Under the pieces are notes generated by a model that did no database searches, was not told the origin of the DNA, and worked only from the letters and a program-made list of their open reading frames with translations. A stretch of 64,000 bases of DNA. Origin: Prolixibacteraceae bacterium. Its GTDB lineage: Bacteria > Bacteroidota > Bacteroidia > Bacteroidales > Prolixibacteraceae. The stretch lies in assembly GCA_003506435.1 (NCBI GenBank), contig DOAQ01000043.1, positions 18,737 through 82,736 on the forward strand, read 5' to 3'. The position numbers and the translations under genes were made by a program. Positions 56,937 through 64,000 of this stretch are shown piece after piece; the first letter of the stretch is position 1; the number at the start of each line of letters is the position of its first letter.

Positions 56937-58235
56937 CTATAATTTTCGGTTGTCGATTACCCGTTTGGCTTTGCCCGCAGTCCGTTCAATGGTTTTGGGT
57001 TCAACCAGTTTTACATTTACTGAGATGCCCAGTGTGTTATGTATTTTCTGTGTGATTTTTTTACGCAGCGCTTCCAGTTGCCTGATTTCATCAGAGAAAA
57101 ATTGTTCCTGAACTTCAACCATCACATTCAGAATGTCGAGATTGTCTTCACGTTCAACCGTGATCAGGTAGTGGGGGGCAGTTTCGCTCATTTCGAGCAG
57201 CACGCTTTCAATTTGCGACGGAAATACGTTCACTCCGCGAATGATCAGCATATCGTCGGAACGTCCGGTACATTTTTCCATGCGTACCGTCGTGCGGCCG
57301 CATTCGCATTTGTCGTAGATGAGCCGGGTGAGGTCGCGGGTCCGGTAGCGGATCAGCGGAATACCTTCTTTGGTGATGGTTGTGAAAACCAGTTCGCCCC
57401 GTTCACCGGCCGGTAGTGGTTGCAGTGTTTCAGGATCGATAATTTCCGGCACAAAATGATCTTCGTTGATGTGCATCCCGCATTGGTACTCGCATTCGCA
57501 GGAAACTCCCGGACCAATAATTTCGCTCAATCCGTAAATATCGATTGCTTTCAGTCCCAGTTTTAATTCTATTTCGCGGCGCATATTTTCGGTCCATGGT
57601 TCGGCGCCAAAAATACCTACCCGCAGCTTCAGGTTTTCCTTTTTTATCCCGGCCTCGGCAATTGCTTCCGACAAATACAAGGCGTATGAAGGAGTACAGG
57701 CGATAACCGAAGTTCCGAAGTCTTCCATCAATTGAAGTTGTTTTGCAGTATTTCCTCCTGAGATTGGGATGACGGTTGCACCGAGGTTTTCGCACCCGTA
57801 ATGCAGTCCGAGTCCGCCGGTAAACAAGCCGTACCCGTAAGCAACCTGTACAATATCGTGCTGGCAAACACCTGCCATACACAATGAGCGGGTAACCACT
57901 TCTGACCACGATTGGAGGTCTTTCCGGGTGTATCCCACAACAGTTGGTTTTCCGGTTGTTCCGGAGGAAGCATGAACGCGGACAATTTCGCTCATGGGTA
58001 CGGTGAACATGCCAAAAGGATAATTATCGCGGAGGTCGGCTTTGGTAGTAAAAGGCAATTTATGCAAATCGTCGATGCTTTTTATATCGCCGGGAACCAG
58101 GTCGGCAGCCTGCATTTTTGCCCGGTAAGTGGGCACATTGTGATAAATACGCTGTACGGTTTCAATCAGTCGTTTCGACTGGATTGCTTTCATTTCATCG
58201 CGTCCCGCACATTCAATTTTTTCGTTCCAGATCAT
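56937..58235 (-). CDS. paaK: Phenylacetate-CoA ligase (PaaK family adenylate-forming enzyme)
   Basis: 432 aa. '[11 protein letters not shown]', '[10 protein letters not shown]', 'YGLSE' and '[15 protein letters not shown]'. Confidence 0.85.
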   Translation of the reverse strand: MIWNEKIECAGRDEMKAIQSKRLIETVQRIYHNVPTYRAKMQAADLVPGDIKSIDDLHKLPFTTKADLRDNYPFGMFTVPMSEIVRVHASSGTTGKPTVVGYTRKDLQSWSEVVTRSLCMAGVCQHDIVQVAYGYGLFTGGLGLHYGCENLGATVIPISGGNTAKQLQLMEDFGTSVIACTPSYALYLSEAIAEAGIKKENLKLRVGIFGAEPWTENMRREIELKLGLKAIDIYGLSEIIGPGVSCECEYQCGMHINEDHFVPEIIDPETLQPLPAGERGELVFTTITKEGIPLIRYRTRDLTRLIYDKCECGRTTVRMEKCTGRSDDMLIIRGVNVFPSQIESVLLEMSETAPHYLITVEREDNLDILNVMVEVQEQFFSDEIRQLEALRKKITQKIHNTLGISVNVKLVEPKTIERTAGKAKRVIDNRKL

Positions 58236-58460
58236 TTTATTAACAGGTTAAAGTCAGCCAATAATTTTTGATTTTTATTTTGAGGCTAAAACTAATATCA
58301 ATTTGATAGATTTGATCACTTTTTTTAATAAAATTTACGCAAATTAAAGATTACGGACGATAATTCATTACTTGATAATGATGCAGGTGAATCGGGTTTG
58401 TGGTTTTAAAAGATTGAATCAATCGGACTGGGAACAGAAGTATTATAATCAGAAAAAAAT

Positions 58461-58658
58461 TTATTCCGGAATGATATTTTTCACTCTGCCAACTTCTCCT
58501 GTAGCCAGTTTTACTTTTATGCCATGCGGATGAAAAGCTGCATTGGTCAGTATTTGCTTCACAAATCCTTCAGTTAGTTCGCCGCTTTGCTGATGCTGTT
58601 TCAGCACAATCTCCACCAGTTGTCCGCTTTCTATATTTTTCCGATACCTGCCGTCCAT
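58461..58658 (-). CDS. YwbE-family small protein (DUF2196)
   Basis: 65 aa. '...SGELTEGFVKQILTNAAFHPHGIKVKL..G.VGRV' matches the YwbE pattern. Confidence 0.7.
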   Translation of the reverse strand: MDGRYRKNIESGQLVEIVLKQHQQSGELTEGFVKQILTNAAFHPHGIKVKLATGEVGRVKNIIPE

Positions 58659-58661
58659 TTT

Positions 58662-59723
58662 TTATTTCCAGATTTTATTTTTATTGAGCGCTGCCTGGTA
58701 TTTCCGGGCATTTTGGTTGTGTCCGTCGAGAGTTACTGCAAAATTGTGATACCCGGAAAAATCTTCTTTTGCACACATATACATGTAATTGTGTTTTTCG
58801 GCATTCAGAACCGCCTCGATGCTCGAAATTTCAGGAAAATTGATGGGGCCGGGAGGCAAACCCGCATATTTGTAAGTGTTGTAGGGCGAATCGATCAACA
58901 GATATTCATTCAATACGCGCCGGATGGTAAAATCGTTCAGTGCAAATTTTATGGTCGGATCAGCCTGAAGCAACATGCCTTTTTTCAAACGGTTCAGATA
59001 CAATCCGGCAACAATGGGTTTTTCTTCATTTTTCACCGTTTCTTCCTGAACGATGGATGCAATCGTGCTTACCTGTTCGGGTGTCAGTCCCTTGGCTGTC
59101 GCTTTTGCTTTCCGGTCATCAGTCCAGAACCGTTTGTATTCGGCAGCCATCCGGTCGGTAAACTGTTCAGGAGTAGTTGTCCAGTAAAATTCGTACGAAT
59201 TCGGGATGTACATGCAGGGAATGGTTCGTTCCGTAAAACCATATTTCGCATACATGGTGGTATCAGTGAGTCTTTGCAGCAACAGCAGCGAATCCGGTTC
59301 AATATATTTGGAAATAGCAGCAGCCAGTTGCTTGAAATTCCGGATGTTGTTGAATGTAACAACTACCGGCTCCTGGCTTCCCGATCTCAGCATATTCACA
59401 ATCTGGTTGGTATTCATACCACTGTCGAAAAGGTATTTCCCCGGCTTGATGCTGTTGGAATATTTTTTCCGTTTTGAAACCCACTTAAACGCTTTGTTAT
59501 TGATTAGAATATCGTGTTTTTTTAATGAGTCGAGTACCTGATTAAAGTTGGCTTCTCTAGAAATAATAATACTTCCCGGTGTTTTTACATTGATTTCGAA
59601 AATATATTTGAACAACTGATATCCCCTGATTCCTGTTATAACAAATGCAATGGCAACAACAATAATGATGATTTTATTGATGCGGGGGAAAAGCATGATT
59701 TTATTTTCGGGTTTAAATTCCAT
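58662..59723 (-). CDS. mltG: Endolytic murein transglycosylase MltG (YceG-like)
   Basis: 353 aa with an N-terminal TM. 'ASIVQEE', 'LQADPT' and 'SPYNTYKYAGLPPGPI'. Confidence 0.85.
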   Translation of the reverse strand: MEFKPENKIMLFPRINKIIIIVVAIAFVITGIRGYQLFKYIFEINVKTPGSIIISREANFNQVLDSLKKHDILINNKAFKWVSKRKKYSNSIKPGKYLFDSGMNTNQIVNMLRSGSQEPVVVTFNNIRNFKQLAAAISKYIEPDSLLLLQRLTDTTMYAKYGFTERTIPCMYIPNSYEFYWTTTPEQFTDRMAAEYKRFWTDDRKAKATAKGLTPEQVSTIASIVQEETVKNEEKPIVAGLYLNRLKKGMLLQADPTIKFALNDFTIRRVLNEYLLIDSPYNTYKYAGLPPGPINFPEISSIEAVLNAEKHNYMYMCAKEDFSGYHNFAVTLDGHNQNARKYQAALNKNKIWK

Positions 59724-59880
59724 CCTGAAAAGTTTTTTGCAAAAATAAGTTTTTCGCCGGATTTATGCGATTGTGAGAAAAAGCTTAAATGTTCCTGAAA
59801 ATGACCGGCACGGATAAAAGGATTGGCTGAAAATACCTATTTTCGTGCCTGAAAATAATTGAAAACTAAAAACGATAGAT

Positions 59881-61068
59881 ATGCACCACGTTAAATTAGC
59901 CGACAATATTTATTATTTGGGGTACAACGATCGCCGCACGCATTTATTTGAGAATATTTGGCCTATTCCGCATGGGGTTTCGTATAATTCATACTTGATA
60001 GATGATGAGAAAATTGCTTTGGTAGATACCGTCGAACGTCAGTTTATCGACGACTATCTCGATGACATTCATTCCATCATTGGTGACAGAAAAGTCGATT
60101 ATTTGATCATAAATCACATGGAACCCGACCATTCGGGAGCTTTAAAAGCAATCGTGGCCAAGTATCCTGATATTATTTTGGTTGGCAATAAAAAGACGTT
60201 CGGGTTTGTGGAAAGCTTTTATATGAAGCCGGTAAATACGCACGAAGTATATGATGGTCATGTTTTGGAACTTGGAAAAACCCGGGTTCAGTTTCAGGCA
60301 ATACCCATGGTACACTGGCCCGAAACCATGGTGTCTTTCGAAGAAACGAACCAAATTTTATTTTCGGGTGATGCTTTTGGCAGCTACGGAACGTTGGACG
60401 GCGGTATCTTTGACGATGAAATTAATCTCGACTTTTACGAGATTGAAGTCATGCGGTATTTCACCAATATTGTCGGGAAATATTGTCCGCATACCCAGCG
60501 TGCCATTAAAAAACTGGCAGGTCTCGATATTAAAATGATTGCTGCTACACACGGTCCGATCTGGCGCAGCGACCTGAACTGGGTATTGAGCCGTTACGAC
60601 AAATGGAGTTCCTATACTTTCGACAATGGGGTGATCATCGTTTACGGCTCGATGTACGGAAACACGCAGAAAATGGCTGAAGTAATTGCCCGCCAGCTTT
60701 CTGTTCGCGGAATCAGGGACATCCGGGTGTATGATGCTTCGAAAACGCATTCTTCATATATTATTAATGATATTTTCAAGTACAAAGGTTTTATTGTCGG
60801 AAGTTGTGCGTACAACAATTCACTTTTCCCGAATGTCGAAACCTTATTGTCGACCATCGAGCACATGGGTATAAAAGATCATTATCTGGGCGTATTTGGC
60901 AATTTTTCGTGGAATGGAGGAGGCGTGAAAAACCTGATGAAATTTGCCGAAACAATTAACTGGGATTTGGTTTACGAACCGGTTGAAGAAAAAGGCGCTC
61001 TCAAAAAAGACAAGTTTGAACAATGTATTGCACTTGCCAATGCCATGGCTGATAAGTTGCTAGGGTGA
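59881..61068 (+). CDS. FprA-family A-type flavoprotein (flavodiiron; MBL + flavodoxin domains)
   Basis: 395 aa. 'SYNSYLI', 'INHMEPDHSG' and a C-terminal flavodoxin-like 'IVYGSMYGNT'. Confidence 0.85.
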   Translation: MHHVKLADNIYYLGYNDRRTHLFENIWPIPHGVSYNSYLIDDEKIALVDTVERQFIDDYLDDIHSIIGDRKVDYLIINHMEPDHSGALKAIVAKYPDIILVGNKKTFGFVESFYMKPVNTHEVYDGHVLELGKTRVQFQAIPMVHWPETMVSFEETNQILFSGDAFGSYGTLDGGIFDDEINLDFYEIEVMRYFTNIVGKYCPHTQRAIKKLAGLDIKMIAATHGPIWRSDLNWVLSRYDKWSSYTFDNGVIIVYGSMYGNTQKMAEVIARQLSVRGIRDIRVYDASKTHSSYIINDIFKYKGFIVGSCAYNNSLFPNVETLLSTIEHMGIKDHYLGVFGNFSWNGGGVKNLMKFAETINWDLVYEPVEEKGALKKDKFEQCIALANAMADKLLG

Positions 61069-61092
61069 AGAGGTTTTTAACCGCATTTTGCC

Positions 61093-61293
61093 ACAATCAT
61101 TTTATTGTTGGAGATTACGTTCCTTCTATAGGTTCTACAATATGTGATAATACATTTTGAATTTATAGAAAATCTCTGTTTGATTATTTCGGACAGAGAT
61201 TTTTGTTTTAACAATGATTTTATTGTTAAAAAATTTGACAATGGTTTTATTGTTATTTATATTTGGCAATAAATTCATTGTTAAAAGTATTGT
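61093..61293 (+). promoter_or_regulatory. Four operator-like palindromes ACAAT-N6-ATTGT upstream of the ATPase pair
   Basis: Sites are ACAATcattttATTGT (61093-61108), ACAATgattttATTGT (61211-61226), ACAATggttttATTGT (61238-61253) and gCAATaaattcATTGT (61266-61281). A further ATTGT (61289-61293) abuts the ATG. The function is inferred. Confidence 0.4.
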
Positions 61294-62463
61294 ATGAAAA
61301 AATGGAAACATCCTCACACAATAACCGGAGATGCAGTTTCCGGGGAAAGTTATTTAAGAAGGCCAAAAATTAATGATTTGTTCTGGCATTTTGTTGAGAA
61401 GGGATCTGATGTCCTTTTTACTGCACCCCGCAGGGTTGGAAAAACTTCTATAATGAAAGATATTGAAGCTAATACTCCTAAGGATTATTGGTGCATATAT
61501 AAGGATGTTGAAGGGGCAACTAATAAAGATCAATTCTATCAGAGAATTTTTGAGATGCTTATTGAACGGTTGAGTTCATTGAAGAAAGCAAAAACATTAT
61601 TTCGAAAATGGATCAAAAAATATGGTATCGAAAAGATTGGGAAAGATGGCTTGAAAATCGGCAGATACCCTTCAGATTATTACAGTGAGGTGGTTAATTT
61701 ATTGGAAGAGTTAGCGAAACAAGATATTGCTATTGTCTTACTGATAGATGAGTTTGTCGAAGTTATTCTTAATTTGAAAAATGCAGGGAAAGTTGAAGAT
61801 GCAATTAGTCTTCTCCATGAATTGAGAGAAATCAGGCATAAACCAGAGTTGAAAAAAATAATTTTTGTGTATGCGGGTTCTATTGGGTTACATTCTGTTG
61901 TTAAAGAAATAGGACGTCCAACACTTATAAACGACATAGAACTTCTTCCGATAGATAAGCTTAGTGAACCGGAGTCAAAGCAATTGATACGACAACTAAC
62001 AGCAGAAGCAACAATTCAGTATTCTGAAGAACTGGAAGATTATCTTATTTTAAAAATAGAACATCTTCTACCATACTTCATTCAGTTAATGATTCAGGAA
62101 ATTGACCTAATTGCTTTTAAAAGAGGACAAGGGACAGCCGACATGGAAATCATTAACGAAGCATTCAATAGCGTGGTGAAAAATACAGCTAATTTTGATG
62201 ACTGGATAAAACGATTAAGGGACTACTTAGGCGGCAACTTCCAGTTTGTGAATCAGGTGTTGATCCATTGCGCGCATAAGGGGAAAATAAATATTCAGGA
62301 AGTATACGACTTAGCCGTTGATGCGGGAAAAACAGACGTTTATAAAGATCTACTTGATGAACTTGAACGTGATGGATATTTAATCGAAGACAGAGGGAGT
62401 TATCGTTTTATTTCTCCATTTATAAAATCGTATTGGTTACACAAAAATCCTGTACTCAAATGA
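61294..62463 (+). CDS. ATP-binding protein (Arch_ATPase/STAND-like P-loop NTPase with a C-terminal wHTH-like region)
   Basis: 389 aa. Walker A 'APRRVGKTS' and Walker B 'VLLIDEF', with a C-terminal 'ELERDGYLIEDRGSYRFISPF' wHTH-like segment. Confidence 0.7.
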   Translation: MKKWKHPHTITGDAVSGESYLRRPKINDLFWHFVEKGSDVLFTAPRRVGKTSIMKDIEANTPKDYWCIYKDVEGATNKDQFYQRIFEMLIERLSSLKKAKTLFRKWIKKYGIEKIGKDGLKIGRYPSDYYSEVVNLLEELAKQDIAIVLLIDEFVEVILNLKNAGKVEDAISLLHELREIRHKPELKKIIFVYAGSIGLHSVVKEIGRPTLINDIELLPIDKLSEPESKQLIRQLTAEATIQYSEELEDYLILKIEHLLPYFIQLMIQEIDLIAFKRGQGTADMEIINEAFNSVVKNTANFDDWIKRLRDYLGGNFQFVNQVLIHCAHKGKINIQEVYDLAVDAGKTDVYKDLLDELERDGYLIEDRGSYRFISPFIKSYWLHKNPVLK

Positions 62464-64000
62464 ATGATCATAAATCTTTAAGTTTTCAATATTATCAGTC
62501 CGCAAACGAAGATGATTGTGGGCTTATAAAAAGAAATTTCATTGTCAGGAAAAAGGAACTTGGATTGATTCTGGCAAATCTGGAAAAAGAGCCGATGAAG
62601 AAATCGGTACAACATTTCCTGATTTTAGGAAGACGAGGGAGTGGAAAATCGACCTTATTAAAAAGAATAGAATGTGAAGCTACTGAGAATGAAAAGTTGA
62701 AAAATAAATTCGTTGTTGTTAATCTGGCAGAAGAGCAAGGAAGTATTCATCGTTTATTTGACTTATGGGAAGAAGTAATTAAAGCATTGAGAGGCTTTGG
62801 TTATGACGATTTACCTGACACTGACTCTTTGGATATTCCTGAAGATTTTGGGGAATATTCCCGGCAACTATATAAATCGATACAAACTTCATTAAAAAAG
62901 AACTCAAGAAAGCTATTACTACTTGTTGATAATATTGATAGAATCTTTTTGTCGTTTAAAAATGACGCTCAATTGTTGCGTGAGATACTTTTAAATTACG
63001 ACGATATTAAAATCATTGGAGGAAGCACAGAAATGAGTGAGCATTTCTGGCAGCACAGTTCTCCTTTTTATCAGTTCTTCAGAATTATCCGATTGGAAGC
63101 TTTAAGTTCAAAAGAAATAAAAAAGTTACTCATGGCTTGGGCTTTCCACATGGAGGAAAAAGGGATTAAAGATTTTATCAGGAAAAACCCCGGGCAATTG
63201 GAAGCTATACGGATTTTAACCGATGGGTTGCCCCGTACTTTGCGTTTTTTCATTGATTTATTAATTAACCGGCCTCAGCAAAACGGATATGCCTATATAA
63301 AGAAAATAATGGATACAGTAACTCCGCTGTATCAGGAACGTTTGGGGGCGCTGACTCCCATTGGGCAAAAAATTGTGATGAAACTTGCATTCTTCTGGGA
63401 TGCTGTTAGTATAAAAGATTTGGTTAAGCCAACGAAAACTGAAAGCAAATTACTATCTGCAATTCTTAAAAAGTTAAATGATATAGGAATTGTTGATAAG
63501 ATTGAAACTGGGACAAAAAATCATTTATACCGATTGTCGGAACGTTTCTTTAATATGTGGTTAATTGTAACCCAGGGAAATCCTGTTGACAAGCGAAAAG
63601 CAAGATGGTTGACTGTATTTTTAGAAAACTGGTATAACGAAAGAGATATAAAATTGTTGATCAGGCAGCATTTGAACGATTTGGAAAAGTGTGATAAAGA
63701 CCTTGACCATTTAACCCTTATGACAAAGGCCATTGCCCAGTCAAGGTACACAAGTTTAAAAGAAAGAGAATTGCTGATAACGAAAAACTTGTCTGTTGAA
63801 TCTTTAAATGCGGAGCTAAAATCAAGTCTTCCTCTCACTTCTTCTGAAATTTTTGAGAAAATCATACGATTAATTAAGGAAGAGAAGTTCGATATGGCTT
63901 TATTAGAAGTCCAGCACATTCCGAATGAAGTTGGTGGAGATAAAGATATTTTATTAGGTCTTATTTACAGACAATTAAAAAATAATTCAGAAGCGGAAAC
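62460..64000 (+). CDS. Second P-loop ATPase with wHTH and TPR-like C-terminal region; 3'-incomplete (runs off the window)
   Basis: It is absent from the ORF track because it has no stop. The ATG at 62460 overlaps the upstream TGA (ATGA). I read the frame as open to nt 64000. Walker A 'GRRGSGKST' and Walker B 'LLLVDNID'. wHTH-like 'LNDIGIVDKIETGTKNHLYRLSERFF', then helical repeats ('GLIYRQLKNNSEAE'). Confidence 0.65.
   Translation, partial: MNDHKSLSFQYYQSANEDDCGLIKRNFIVRKKELGLILANLEKEPMKKSVQHFLILGRRGSGKSTLLKRIECEATENEKLKNKFVVVNLAEEQGSIHRLFDLWEEVIKALRGFGYDDLPDTDSLDIPEDFGEYSRQLYKSIQTSLKKNSRKLLLLVDNIDRIFLSFKNDAQLLREILLNYDDIKIIGGSTEMSEHFWQHSSPFYQFFRIIRLEALSSKEIKKLLMAWAFHMEEKGIKDFIRKNPGQLEAIRILTDGLPRTLRFFIDLLINRPQQNGYAYIKKIMDTVTPLYQERLGALTPIGQKIVMKLAFFWDAVSIKDLVKPTKTESKLLSAILKKLNDIGIVDKIETGTKNHLYRLSERFFNMWLIVTQGNPVDKRKARWLTVFLENWYNERDIKLLIRQHLNDLEKCDKDLDHLTLMTKAIAQSRYTSLKERELLITKNLSVESLNAELKSSLPLTSSEIFEKIIRLIKEEKFDMALLEVQHIPNEVGGDKDILLGLIYRQLKNNSEAE

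Noticed and set aside
63521-63919. 132-aa minus-strand ORF near the window end
   Set aside because: It lies antisense inside the open, motif-bearing second ATPase reading frame, so it is a shadow ORF.
1-64000. tRNA, rRNA, tmRNA, RNase P and SRP genes
   Set aside because: I looked for T-loop GGTTCGAATCC-like boxes, a tmRNA 3' end, the RNase P GAGGAAAGTCC motif and the SRP GGAAGCAGCC motif. None appeared in a plausible context. A proper tRNAscan/Infernal run is still needed.

Overview
This 64 kb window looks like a Bacteroidota-type chromosomal segment. The gene content fits: a CarboxypepD_reg-type TonB-dependent receptor, parE/parC, a DUF3822-rsmD pair, an MltF-like protein, a putative porin, and short palindromic 'CCTGAA/TTCAGG' elements. 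I found no rRNA, tRNA or CRISPR array by eye.

Most of the window is ordinary housekeeping at roughly 45-53% GC in the lines I counted by hand:
- a ROK / mannose-6-P isomerase / cupin-PGI sugar trio
- rpsA, rnz, mgtE, rsmA and a LolE-like permease
- a TonB receptor, topoisomerase IV, aroK, lysC and cysK
- an ABC exporter, rsmD and a four-subunit 2-oxoacid:ferredoxin oxidoreductase
- an aromatic amino-acid block (aminotransferase, flavodoxin, pheA, ACT protein, paaK), then mltG and fprA

Three AT-rich accessory patches (about 30-35% GC in sampled lines) interrupt this:
1. 26.1-27.0 kb holds a HigB/HigA-like toxin-antitoxin pair.
2. 31.3-38.9 kb is a defence-island-like region next to a PIF1/HRDC helicase. 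It contains a nucleotidyltransferase/HEPN pair (the HEPN gene is frameshifted) bracketed by ~360-420 bp direct repeats. It also holds a 5'-truncated group II intron remnant, a tight four-gene operon of three tandem TIR-domain proteins plus a small multi-TM protein, and a perfectly phased 8 x 42 bp tandem repeat.
3. 61.1-64.0 kb holds two translationally coupled STAND/AAA-like ATPases preceded by four ACAAT-N6-ATTGT palindromes. The second ATPase has wHTH and TPR-like regions and runs off the window.

The TIR x3 + TM operon (33899-36262, minus strand) is my best candidate for an uncharacterised anti-phage or conflict system. All functional calls come from reading motifs in the supplied translations. 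No database search was possible.
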